A model generated the notes under the pieces. The model saw only the letters and a program-made list of their open reading frames with translations, was not told the DNA's origin and did no database searches. The translations under genes were made by a program, and so were the position numbers. Source: a bacterium (GTDB taxonomy: Bacteria > UBA8248). Taken from it: a stretch of DNA of 64,000 nucleotides. This document shows positions 1 through 10,601 of this stretch, piece by piece. Each line of letters starts with the position of its first letter. Within the stretch, counting starts at the first letter, position 1. The stretch lies in assembly GCA_965203325.1 (NCBI GenBank), contig OZ241875.1:2528001-2592000 (forward strand). The letters run 5' to 3'.

Positions 1-159
1 CCTCGCGGACGCTTCCCAAGATGTCAATCAGCGCGTCCGCCGTGCGCCATCGGCTTTCGCCAATGCGCTCGAAGACCATTTTCCGGATGGAAACAGCGCT
101 GCGTCAGGCGCTTTCGCTATTCGCTAACCCTGAAAAGGGGTGCACAGGAGAAAGTTGCC

Positions 160-1902
160 ATGCCTAATGCGCTTCTTGTCAGCCCCGAGCAGCCCCCTAC
201 CTACTGGGGCGCGAACTATGCTCTCGGGATTTCGGGCGTGAAGGCGACATTTCCGCCCCTGGGTCTGCTGACCGTGGCCGCGATGTTCCCACCGGAATAC
301 GACCTGCGCGTCGTGGACATGAACGTGGCTGCCCTCGAGGATTCTGACATCGAATGGGCGGATGTGGTGTTTACCTCCACCATGATCGTTCAACGCGTCT
401 CCCTGCAAGCCGTCATCGAGCGATGCAACCGGGCCGGGGTTCCCGTAGTGGCCGGGGGGCCTCACCCCACCACGTTTCACGACGAGATCGAAGGCGTGGA
501 CCATTTTGTGCTGGATGAGGTCGAGGAGATCTTCCCTGATTTTCTGCGTGACCTGGAGAACGGTGCGGCCAAAGTCATCTACCGGGAGCCGGGAAAGCCT
601 GACGTGACGCAAACGCCCGTGCCGCGCTTCGACCTCATCGACACGGAGAACTATTACTCCATGGGCGTTCAGTTCTCCCGGGGGTGCCCGTTCGACTGCG
701 AGTTCTGCGACATCACCAAACTCTATGGCCGCGTGCCCCGGACCAAGGCGCCCGCACAGATCGTGGAGGAGTTCGAATCGCTGTATCGACTGGGCTGGCG
801 AGGTCCTGTTTTCATGGTCGACGATAATTTCATCGGCAACAAGGCGGAGGCGATGAAGCTGCTGCCGGTGGTCACCGAGTGGCAAAAGGCCCATGGATAT
901 CCGTTCTCCCTGTCCACGGAGGCGAGTCTGAATCTTGCCCGCATGGATGACCTGATGGACGAGATGATCGAGGCCGGGTTCAATACCGTGTTTTTGGGCA
1001 TCGAAACCCCCACCCCCAAGGCCTTGCTCAAGACCAAGAAACCGCAGAACGTCAACGAGCGGGAAGAAAATTTTCTCCTCAATTCCATTCGCAAAATCCA
1101 GCACAAGGGGATGCAGGTACAGGGTGGGTTCATCCTCGGCCTTGATGGTGACGATGAGAGCGTGTTCGATGCTCAAATCGATTTTATCCAGGAGGCGGGC
1201 ATTCCCGTTGCCCCGATCTTTCTGCTGACCGCTCTCAAGGGTACGGACATGTACAACCGCCTGATGTCGGAGAAGCGGCTCCTGGAGGTTTCCATCGGAA
1301 CTCACTCCATGACCCTCAACTTTCAGCCGGAGATGAATCCCCAGACCCTTATCGAGGGATATCAAAGGGTCACAGCCACCCTCTACGACGCGACCCTGGA
1401 GAATTACCTGAAGCGCTGCCTGACCTTGTTCGAGCACCAGAAGCCCGTCCCGCACCTGCTGAAACGGATGAGCAAGACTGCGATGGCCGTGGCCGTTATG
1501 AGCGTGCGCCGGGAGCTATCCGCAGAGCAAATCCCGGCCTTTACGAAATTCATCGCCAAAGTCTCCGAGGATTATCCCCGCATGCTGCCTGAGGCGATTC
1601 GCCTCGCCGCCATGGGTTACCATTTTGATATTATCAACCGCCAGCAAACCATGCTCCATGACTTCAAGGAATTTCTGGCGGCCGAATTGAAAGTGTTCAA
1701 GAAAGCGGCATCTCACCGACTCCAGAAAACGGAAGAAATCAGGAGTCGGCGGCAAGCGCTGTTCGCACAGACCGATGCGCGCTATCAATCGATACCCGAT
1801 GACTTCCGCTACCTTGGAGACGGGATCGAAGATTCTTTGGAATCCTTCCGGTCCGCCGTGGATGCGCAGGTAGAGCAAAGCGCACATTCGGCAGCGGTGT
1901 AA
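160..1902 (+). CDS. B12-binding radical SAM protein (SwfC-like)
   Basis: N-terminal cobalamin-binding-type segment (FPPLGLLTVAAM, VAGGPHPT) and CxxxCxxC motif (CPFDCEFC); adjacent to a reductase-sulfotransferase fusion. Confidence 0.85.
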   Translation: MPNALLVSPEQPPTYWGANYALGISGVKATFPPLGLLTVAAMFPPEYDLRVVDMNVAALEDSDIEWADVVFTSTMIVQRVSLQAVIERCNRAGVPVVAGGPHPTTFHDEIEGVDHFVLDEVEEIFPDFLRDLENGAAKVIYREPGKPDVTQTPVPRFDLIDTENYYSMGVQFSRGCPFDCEFCDITKLYGRVPRTKAPAQIVEEFESLYRLGWRGPVFMVDDNFIGNKAEAMKLLPVVTEWQKAHGYPFSLSTEASLNLARMDDLMDEMIEAGFNTVFLGIETPTPKALLKTKKPQNVNEREENFLLNSIRKIQHKGMQVQGGFILGLDGDDESVFDAQIDFIQEAGIPVAPIFLLTALKGTDMYNRLMSEKRLLEVSIGTHSMTLNFQPEMNPQTLIEGYQRVTATLYDATLENYLKRCLTLFEHQKPVPHLLKRMSKTAMAVAVMSVRRELSAEQIPAFTKFIAKVSEDYPRMLPEAIRLAAMGYHFDIINRQQTMLHDFKEFLAAELKVFKKAASHRLQKTEEIRSRRQALFAQTDARYQSIPDDFRYLGDGIEDSLESFRSAVDAQVEQSAHSAAV

Positions 1903-1927
1903 GTCGTATCACCGTTGAAATAGCAAG

Positions 1928-4453
1928 ATGGAAGAAAAAGGAAACATGACCGAAAAAACAGTCGCCGACACGGCAGTACCCCCGCTCGTTGGAAACTTGC
2001 CGCCGTATTGCCGAAGAGACGTCGATACCCTACGCCGATACGTTCATGCGGTGGTCAGTGAGGAAGCACCGACAGCCGCTGTATCGCCAGATGATTTCAA
2101 AAATGTATTGCTGACCGGGGCGACAGGATTCATCGGGCGTTTCTTCCTGCACGACCTCCTGCGGCAAAACGCCGAACTCATCGTGCACTGCATTGTCCGG
2201 CCCCCGGAAGCGCCCGGGCCCGAGAGCATTCGCACCGTTCTCGAGCAGGCCGACATCTGGGACGAATCCTTCGCGCCGCGCATACGCGTCATGGTCGGTG
2301 ACGTCGCCGAGTCGAGATTCGGGTTGAGCGAAACGGATTTCGATGTTCTGTGCCGGCAGATCGACGCAGTCTATCATCTTGCGGCCGATATCAATCTCTC
2401 GTCTTCTTATCTCGCCATACGCAAGGTCAATACGTTCAGCATCCGCAACGTACTCGAATTGTGCTTGCGCAATCGCTTCAAGCACTTGTTCTACGCTTCG
2501 ACCATGGGCGTGTTCCCCCAGTATTTCTGCGGCTTCGCTCATGAATTCAAGGACAGCCGCATCGACCACCAGATGCAACCCGACCTTGCGAGTATGAAGA
2601 GAATGTTCCCGCTCGGTGGTTTGCTCGGCTACCCGTGGAGCAAGCTGACATCCGAGCAGATCCTGCTGTTCGCGCAACAGGCCGGTATGCCGCTGGCGAT
2701 TTTTCGGCTGCCGCAAACCAGTCTTTCCAGCAAGGGGTATACCCAGGCGAACGATCTGGGTGTGCGGATGTTTGCTGGAGTTGTCGATAGCGAAACGCTA
2801 CCGGCAGAATACACGTTTCGATCAAGCAACGAAGCGGTCGATACGTTGAGCGAGGTTTGTACGGCCATTTCCCTGAATCCTGAACGGCGTTTCACCATCT
2901 ACCATTGCTGCAACCCGCAGTTGGACCCTTACGACCTGGAACCTGCCGATTTCGGGTTATATTGGCCCGAGGTTTCCAGCGAGTCGTTCAAACGCGCCTG
3001 TCAGGCCCGCGGTGAAAACTCGCCGCTCCATGGCTACTGGGCCGTGCTGGATCATCTGGGGAAATACTGGCTCAGCAAAGACAAGCCGACGGACAGGTTG
3101 CCCATTTGTGACCGTGCCATCCGGGAGGATTGTCCTCAACCGATTAAGTGGCCGGGCACATTGCCCACGCTCAGACGCTCAATCCAATGGGTCAAGGCTC
3201 ATCGATGTGAATGGCCATATCCCATTCCGCAAAGTCGCTTGGACTTCGACTGCCTGATTGCCCAGGCCAAGGGCTACGCTGAGGAGCAGGAGGTTCCCTT
3301 CGACTCGGCTTACCCGGCGTGGATTCGTCAAAATCTGCAACAACTGGTAGGGGCATTGAATGCGCCCGATACACGACTGATTAAAGATAAGATTCACGAC
3401 ATCGTCTTCGAACTGAGTCGTTTTTTGCGCAGCAACGCAGGGTTGGCCCGCGAACGGCGGCTGCATCCGGAGATCGAACGCGAGGAGATCACACGGCCGG
3501 TCTTTATAATCGGGATCAATCGCACCGGCACCACCTACCTGCACCGCCTGATGTCGCGCGACAATCGTTTCTGGGCGTTACGGTTATACGAGTGCATAGA
3601 ACCGGTCCTCCCGAAGGATGATTACGCCACTGTGGCGGGCACTCCCGACGACCCCCGCCGCTCGCGAACCGACGAAGCAGTGCGCTCCTCCGACATCTTC
3701 AAGGTTTTGGAGGGTGTTCATGATGTTAGTGTCGATGAACCAGAGGAGGATTTTCAGATTTTTCGAATGGCATTTTCGGCATGGGTCTATACCGCTCAGT
3801 TCCATATACCGGAATATGGCCGGTGGCTGAACGCGAACGGTTCGGAGGATGCCTATGCCTACCACCGCCGCACCATGCAGCATTTCACCTGGCAGCGCCG
3901 CCAGCGTGAGCCCGGGCACCAGGGCCAATGGCTGCTCAAGATGCCCTTTCATCTCATGGAGCTGGACTCCCTGATCAAGACCTATCCGGACGCCCTGTTC
4001 ATCCAGACCCATCGAGAACCCACCCAGTTCATGGGATCCTGTAACAGCCTCGTGGAGCGAGTACGCTCCATTTGCAGCGAGCCCCTGCCGCCGAACGAGT
4101 TTGGCGCCGAGCAGTTGGCCTTCATGAGCGGCATGCTCGATAAGGCCGTGGACTTTCGGCTGGCCCATCCCGGGCTGGAAGACCGCTGGGTTGACGTGAA
4201 CTACATTGATCTGGTCGAGAATCCGTTTGGTGTGATTCGCGGAATCTACGAACACTTCGGCTGGACACTCGGGCAGGCGGCATCCGGTACGATGGAGGAG
4301 TGGCATGAACGCCAGATCGAAAAACGGCGCACCGAGACGCGGCATCGCTACGCTCTCGAGGACTACGGCCTTACGCCCGAGGCGGTCAACGCCGCATTTG
4401 CCCGCTACCGGGACTTCATCACCAGCCGCGGGATTCGTTCCTCGGGATTTTGA
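1928..4453 (+). CDS. Thioester-reductase + sulfotransferase fusion (SwfB-like)
   Basis: VLLTGATGFIG Rossmann motif and GYPWSK (YxxxK) in the N half; PVFIIGINRTGTTYLH PAPS-binding loop and LLKMPFH in the C half. Confidence 0.85.
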   Translation: MEEKGNMTEKTVADTAVPPLVGNLPPYCRRDVDTLRRYVHAVVSEEAPTAAVSPDDFKNVLLTGATGFIGRFFLHDLLRQNAELIVHCIVRPPEAPGPESIRTVLEQADIWDESFAPRIRVMVGDVAESRFGLSETDFDVLCRQIDAVYHLAADINLSSSYLAIRKVNTFSIRNVLELCLRNRFKHLFYASTMGVFPQYFCGFAHEFKDSRIDHQMQPDLASMKRMFPLGGLLGYPWSKLTSEQILLFAQQAGMPLAIFRLPQTSLSSKGYTQANDLGVRMFAGVVDSETLPAEYTFRSSNEAVDTLSEVCTAISLNPERRFTIYHCCNPQLDPYDLEPADFGLYWPEVSSESFKRACQARGENSPLHGYWAVLDHLGKYWLSKDKPTDRLPICDRAIREDCPQPIKWPGTLPTLRRSIQWVKAHRCEWPYPIPQSRLDFDCLIAQAKGYAEEQEVPFDSAYPAWIRQNLQQLVGALNAPDTRLIKDKIHDIVFELSRFLRSNAGLARERRLHPEIEREEITRPVFIIGINRTGTTYLHRLMSRDNRFWALRLYECIEPVLPKDDYATVAGTPDDPRRSRTDEAVRSSDIFKVLEGVHDVSVDEPEEDFQIFRMAFSAWVYTAQFHIPEYGRWLNANGSEDAYAYHRRTMQHFTWQRRQREPGHQGQWLLKMPFHLMELDSLIKTYPDALFIQTHREPTQFMGSCNSLVERVRSICSEPLPPNEFGAEQLAFMSGMLDKAVDFRLAHPGLEDRWVDVNYIDLVENPFGVIRGIYEHFGWTLGQAASGTMEEWHERQIEKRRTETRHRYALEDYGLTPEAVNAAFARYRDFITSRGIRSSGF

Positions 4454-4716
4454 GGCGAGCGCGCGCAGAAACGGGAAGCATATCCTCAATCGGTAAAATC
4501 AAACCCCCATCACCCTACGACTGAACGGATACGAACGTTTACCGGCACGGACGCTACGAGATACGCGTGAGTTAGAATTCGTCCGCATCCGATTTGATTA
4601 CATATCGTAGATAACCGAACCTCGGCTGAAACTCAAAATAAACAAATACCCACAATACTTTCAGCAGACTACAAGGATTCTAAGCCCGCTGAAAACCCCC
4701 CACCCTCTGAAAACAC

Positions 4717-4869
4717 GCGAAATACCCGAAAGCCGCTGAGTGCCTGGCAGGAGACCGGGAGGAGTTGCTCGCCTTCTACGACTTCCAGGCGGGGCACTGG
4801 CAGAGCCTTCGGACGACGAACCCCATCGAGTCGACCTTCGTCACCATTCGCTTGCGAACGGCGAAGACG
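4717..4869 (+). mobile_element. IS256-family transposase fragment
   Basis: Translates to AKYPKAAECLAGDREELLAFYDFQAGHWQSLRTTNPIESTFVTIRLRT, matching the IS256 C-terminal motif. Confidence 0.75.
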
Positions 4870-6408
4870 GTCTCCGTGCCGGTACTGGACGACGCCATCG
4901 ACGAGGGCAAGGAGGTCATGCGGCTCCTGCTCTCGAACCCGAAGGGGGCGTATCTCAGGAACGTCCACAGGAAGGCGCGGGGGGTCATCACGAACGACGA
5001 CCCGCTGCAAAGGATGTGGCTCGCGCGCTTCGGCCGCGCGGCGGCGGGCCACGTCGCCGAGGCGATTGACGGACGCCTTTCGGGCGGCGGCGCTGCGGGC
5101 GTCGTGCTGGGCGGCCACAGCCTCACGGGCGGGGCGGAGCGCGATGCTCTCGAGTCGCGCCTCGCCGAGGCCCTGCTTGAGGAGAGGGAGGCCCGGCTCG
5201 GGCGCGGCGAGGAGGCGCCGGCGCCTTCGGTGCGCGAGGTCGCGATGTCCGATCTCCTCCTCGCGAGTTCGTTTCACATGGCCTCGGCGGAGAAGGTGGA
5301 CGCCGGCTCGCGCTGGTCGCTGTGGGGCCGGGGCGCGCGCTCCTCGTTCGAGGGCGCCGAGGGCGAACTCTCGCTGGATGGCGACGTGACGACGGCGACC
5401 GTGGGCTTCGACTACGAGCGGGCGCGCTGGCTGGTGGGCGTGGCGCTCTCGCGGAGTTCGGGCGACGGCTCATACAAAATGGGCGGCGCGTGCGACGCGG
5501 GCTGCGCGGGCGAGGTCGAGAGCGCCCTGACGGGTGTCTACCCCTACGCGCGCTACCGTGTGAGCGGGACGTTCTCGCTCTGGGGCGCGGTGGGCCACGG
5601 GCAGGGGGAGATGACGCTCACGCCCGGGGGGTCGTCCCCGCTGGAGGCCGACGTCGCGATGGGCATGGCGGCGGCGGGGGCGCGCGGGGTCGTTCTGCCC
5701 GCGCGCGAGGCGGGCGGGTTCGAGCTCGCGCTCCGCGCGGACGTCCTGGTGACGAACACGCGCTCGGACGCTGCGGCGGGCCTCGCGGAGACCGAAGCGC
5801 AGACGAGCCGCGTGCGCCTCGTGCTGGAGGGTTCGCGCTCGCTCAGGTTCGGCGATGCGGTGCTGACGCCCTCGCTGGAGATAGGGTTCCGGAACGATTC
5901 GGGCGACGCGGAGACGGGCGGCGGGGTGGAGGCCGGCGGCTCTGTCCGCTGGGCCTCGGGGGCCCTGACGACGGAGTTGCGCGCGCGGAGCCTGCTCTCC
6001 CACGGCGAGAGCGGTTATGAGGAATGGGGCGTGAGCGCCTCGGTGGCGTACGCTCCCGGCTCCGGGGGACGGGGCCTCACGCTGCGGGCGGGCTCCTCGT
6101 GGGGCGCCTCCACGGGCGGTGCGGAGCGGCTCTGGTCGCAGGCGGCGGGCCTGGCGCCTGCCGGTGCGTTCGAGCCGGGCGGTGCGGGCTTCGAGGCCGA
6201 GGCGGCCTGGGGCCTCGACGCCCCGCGGGGGCTGCTGACGCCCTATACGGGCGTGGCGGTCACCGGGGACGCGGAGACCTGGCGCGCGGGCGCGCGGTGG
6301 AAGCCCGGTGCGGCCACGGAGGTGAGCCTCGAGGCGAGACTCACCGAACAGGCCGGCGGCGGGAGACCCGAAGGCGGCCTCCTGCTCAAAGGCTCGAAGC
6401 GGTGGTAG
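4858..6408 (+). pseudogene. 5'-truncated Calx-beta/autotransporter gene, paralog of 29238-32603
   Basis: Near-identical to ~31055-32603; lacks the signal peptide and most of the passenger; fused in frame to the IS256 fragment; ends in W. Confidence 0.8.
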
Positions 6409-6857
6409 GGGCCGAACCGGCTGGCCGCGCGGGCCGTGGAGCGGACTTTTTCAACGGAACCTGGCACCTTGTGAAGTCAAGGCGCCAGATTCCCGGTGTT
6501 GCCTGAAGCGATCTCCGGTGCAGGCGCGGACCACAGCTCTCCTGAGTGAGTGTCAACGACGCGGGCCGATGTCCCCCACGGTCAGCGAGAATGCTGCTGA
6601 TTCACCGGGACCACCTGAATCACCTGCCACTGCCGAAGTGGTGAGGGTACAGGTCTGACTCCTTTCGGACAATACTTCATGCAACCGCCGGTTTCAGCGC
6701 GGCCATCACCCTGCCACCGAATCGTTACACCGTTAGTAACCATTCAGTCGTCGGGTAATAGCGTCCCCGACTTCAGAAGCAGTTCATTGTATATTGCAGG
6801 AAAGTTAGTTTGAACCGATGTTTTTCTGACCTATATCACCCCACGAGAGAACGGTTA

Positions 6858-8882
6858 TTGCGCCAGGCGAAGCCCTGGAGAGGAGGATGCCATGACCTGA
6901 AACCTCTTATAGCGACTCAGCGGGTTCGACCCCCGCCCGGCAAAGGCGCAGCCCGTCAGCCGGAAGCGAGTCTTGCATGGCGTGCGGCAACGCGCGTCGT
7001 GAAGCGTAGACAGCAGGTGACGAAGCGGCGGGGGAAGCCTCGAAATCGGTCAATCGATGACGCCTTCATTGTTAACCATGTGGGGGCAGCACCGGAAGCG
7101 CCGCTATCGGCGAGGCGCAACGGGTCGTCCGGGGTCGTGGGCCGGCGCAAAGTCACGGGATGGGTCGCCAGGGAACCTGGGAGATCCTGCTCCTGCCCGT
7201 GGGCAAGGACGCTGGAAAGGGGATGCCAGCATGCAAATCCAGACCCCGGCCCGTCGCCGGGCCTGTACGGCGGCGGGAGCGCCTCATGGCGGACACGAAC
7301 CCGGCAGGCGCCCGCGGAGCCGGTTGGCGAAAACAATAAGCCGAAGGACATGCAAGGGCAGGAAGTCGTAGCGCCCTGATAGTATCGCTGAAGGCGGGGA
7401 ACCGTGGCCATCGGGACCCGCTGGAGGGAAGCGGGGCGTCATCTGTACAGAGCCACTGATGGGAAACGTTGGAGGAAACCCTGAGTTCCACAAACACGTA
7501 CACGAAACAGCAGTGGATAGCCGAACAGGCGAGGGAGCATCCGGAACGGGTGTTCACGTCCCTGCACCACCTCATCGACGGCGAGTGGATGCGCGAAGCG
7601 TACCGCCGCACGCGCAAGGATGGGGCGACGGGCATTGACCGCGTGAGTGCTGCCGACTACGAGAAGGACCTGGAGGCGAATCTTGACGACCTCCTGAGCC
7701 GGATGAAGTCGGGTCGCTACTTTGCGCCGCCGGTGCGTCGGCGCTACATCCCGAAGGCGGACGGCACGAAACGACCGCTTGGCATTCCGACGTTCGAAGA
7801 CAAGGTGGCGCAACGGGCAATCCTGATGCTGCTGGAGCCGATTTACGAGACGGACTTTTTGACGTGCTCGTACGGCTTCCGGCCCGGACGGTCGGCTCAC
7901 GATGCCCTGGACGCACTTCGCACGGGCATCATCGAGCAGCGCCAACGATGGGTGATAGACGCGGATTTGAAAGCGTACTTCGACTCAATCCCGCACACCC
8001 ACCTGCGGTCATTCCTCGACCTGCGGATTAAGGACGGCGTCGTAAGGCGCATGATTGACAAATGGCTGAAAGCGGGGGTGCTCGAAGAGGGCACCGTTCA
8101 CAGGCCGGTCGCCGGTACTCCTCAAGGTGGGGTCATCTCGCCGATGCTCTCGAACATCTTCCTGCACCATGTGCTGGACGAGTGGTTCGAGGAAGTGGCG
8201 AGGCCGCGCCTGCGCGGAAACTGCCAGCTGGTGCGATACGCCGATGACTTTGTCATCGCCTGCGAAGACCGCCACAGCGGCAAGCGATTGCTTAACGTGC
8301 TGGGCAAACGTCTCGGTCGATACGGACTCACGCTCCATGGGGCCAAGACGCGCTACGTGGACTTCCGCCGGAGGCGTCCCTACGGGCGTCACTGGATGGC
8401 GTCGGCCACGACGTTCGACTTCCTCGGCTTCACCCACGCTGGGGGCGGTCGATGCAAGGCAAGGACGTCGTTCGCCAAATCACGGCGAAAGGCCGCTTCG
8501 CCCGCGCGCTGAAATCGGTGCACGAGTGGTGCAAGAGACATCGGCACCTGCCGGTCAAGGCGCAGCATGACTATCTCGTCCGGGTGATACGAGGCCACTG
8601 CGCATATTACGGTCTGACAGGGAACGGCAAGCGTCTTCGGTGGTTCCGCTACCAGGTGGCTCGCACGTGGCGGAAGTGGCTTGCGCGCCGCAGCCGCCTG
8701 CGCCGGATGAACTGGGACCGGATGAACGCGCTTCTCTTGCGATACCCCCTTCCATTTGTCTCGTACGTGCGTTCTCGGCAAAGCTCCTTGAGCGAACCTG
8801 TCAGGTGAGGAACCGAGTGCGTCAATCGCGCACGCTCGGCTCTGTGGGGGGCGGGGCGCAGCGATGCCCCCGCCTACCCGGC
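6858..8882 (+). mobile_element. Group II intron (RT resembles bacterial class E, no endonuclease domain)
   Basis: Domain V/VI at ~8808-8882 (GAGGAACCGAGTGCG...CGCACGCTCGGCTCTG; bulged A8876 seven nt from the end); 5' end TTGCG; internal RT ORF. Confidence 0.85.
7469..8808 (+). pseudogene. ltrA: Group II intron reverse transcriptase/maturase with 1-nt frameshift near 8438
   Basis: RPLGIP, GTPQGGVISP, VRYADD and FDFLGF motifs; maturase domain continues in another frame (8452-8808). Confidence 0.85.
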
Positions 8883-9062
8883 CGTCGCTTCCAGGACGAT
8901 CGCTCGAATGGATGCGCGGGCGTTGGAATCAATCCGCTTTCGGTTTGATTACAAGCAATGATTAACAGATTTTATTCGATATTGATCAAGACAGATAACA
9001 AGTATAATTTCAATAAGTTACATCGAAAACACAGGCAATGAATGCGGTACTGCATATCGAAC

Positions 9063-9154
9063 TGGCGGAGAGGGAGGGATTCGAACCCCCGGTGCAGTTG
9101 CCTGCACAACAGATTTCGAGTCTGCCGCCTTAAACCGGACTCGGCCACCTCTCC
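9063..9154 (-). tRNA. tRNA-Ser (anticodon CGA)
   Basis: GGAGAGGTGGCCGAG...GCAGA-CTCGAAA-TCTGT, long variable arm, GGTTCGAATCC, 3' CCA encoded. Confidence 0.97.
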
Positions 9155-9169
9155 GTAAGAATCGTCACG

Positions 9170-9670
9170 TCAGCGCGCGGCCTGCCTCGCCTCACGCGCG
9201 ATGCGTCGGCGCTCCTCGAAAAAGGCGCGCAGCATCGCGGCGCTCTCCTCGGCCAATACGCCCGAGGTTATCGGCACGCGGTGGTTCACGCGCGGGTCCG
9301 AGGGAATGTCGAACAACGAGCCGCAGGCCCCGCCCTTGGGGTCCGTGGCCCCGAAGACGAGCCGCGCGATCCGCGAGTTGACGACCGCGCCTGCGCACAT
9401 GGGGCACGGCTCGAGCGTGACATATAAGGTCGCGCCGTCGAGCCGCCAGATGCCGTCTGTCTGGGCGGCTTCTCTGAGCGCCAGGACTTCCGCGTGCGCG
9501 GTGGGGTCGCAGGCGGCTTCGCGCCTGTTGTAGCCACGGCCCAGCACCCGGCCCTCGCGCACCACCAGCGCGCCCACGGGCACGTCGCCCGCCTCTTCGG
9601 CCATCCCGGCCAGCGCCAGCGCCTCCGCCATCCAGCGCTCGTCTTCTCTCATCTGATCGGTTGAATACAC
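9170..9670 (-). CDS. tadA: tRNA adenosine(34) deaminase
   Basis: DPTAHAE and LYVTLEPCPMCAGA motifs. Confidence 0.93.
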   Translation of the reverse strand: MYSTDQMREDERWMAEALALAGMAEEAGDVPVGALVVREGRVLGRGYNRREAACDPTAHAEVLALREAAQTDGIWRLDGATLYVTLEPCPMCAGAVVNSRIARLVFGATDPKGGACGSLFDIPSDPRVNHRVPITSGVLAEESAAMLRAFFEERRRIAREARQAAR

Positions 9671-9843
9671 TTGTCCTTCTCCATCCGGTTGTTCTCGCGG
9701 CTCCTAAAAGACCACGAATCGAAACCGCTGGCAAGCGGGGGAGGCGTTTCCCGCGCATGAGGCATCGCTCTTGCCGGATGCGGAAAAACCTGAGAGGCTT
9801 GGGGCCTTACCCGTCACTCACACTATTTTTGAAGGATGCCCCT

Positions 9844-10599
9844 ATGCTTTGGGAAGAACTCAGCTGGCCGCAGCACAAGGAAATGGCCCAAAACGGGGCC
9901 GTGGTCGTCATCCCCTTCGCCTCGATGGAACAGCACGGGCCGCACAGCCCCGTGGTGGTGGACACGCTGCTTTGTGAGAGCGTCTGCCGCAAGGCGGTGG
10001 ATGGACTCGAGAACGTGCTGCTGACCCGCACGATGTGGACGGGCACGTCGCACCACCATTTCGAGTACCCGGGAACCATCTCCTTGCGTCTGGAAACCTA
10101 TGTCGCCCTCGTCAAAGACATCATCCGCTCCGTCGCCCATCACGGCTACAAGAAGATATTCGTCGTGAACGGCCACGGCGGTAACGTGCAGCCGCTCCAG
10201 GCCACGCTGAACGACATCGGCTACGACATCGAACTCACCATCTGGATGATCACCTACTTCCATCTGGGGAACGAAATTTCCGCGCAGATCCGGAAAACGC
10301 CCGTCGGTGGCATGGCCCACAGCGGGGAGTTCGAAACCGCCATGATGCTCCACCTGCGCCCCGACCTGGTGAACATGGACGAGGCGGTGGATCAGGTCAA
10401 CGAGAACCCCCATCCCCTGGGGACGAAGGACATGCACCACCGCGGAATGCTCTTCCGCCCCGTGGACTTCAACAGGCACCGCGCGCCCTCGGGCGTAGCG
10501 GGCATGCCCACGGCGGCCACGGCGGAGAACGGGGCGCAATACTTCGAGGCCGTATCCGCCCGCCTGCGCGGGCTGATTGAAGAACTGGCTGCGCTCTAG
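9844..10599 (+). CDS. Creatininase-family amidohydrolase
   Basis: EQHGPH, NGHGGN and HSGEFET motifs; ATG at 9844. Confidence 0.9.
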   Translation: MLWEELSWPQHKEMAQNGAVVVIPFASMEQHGPHSPVVVDTLLCESVCRKAVDGLENVLLTRTMWTGTSHHHFEYPGTISLRLETYVALVKDIIRSVAHHGYKKIFVVNGHGGNVQPLQATLNDIGYDIELTIWMITYFHLGNEISAQIRKTPVGGMAHSGEFETAMMLHLRPDLVNMDEAVDQVNENPHPLGTKDMHHRGMLFRPVDFNRHRAPSGVAGMPTAATAENGAQYFEAVSARLRGLIEELAAL

Positions 10600-10601
10600 G
10601 C

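Noticed and set aside
7469..8808. RT as a retron or DGR acting on the variable lipoproteins
   Set aside because: The RT lies inside group II intron domains; no template/variable repeat pair with adenine-specific mismatches was seen
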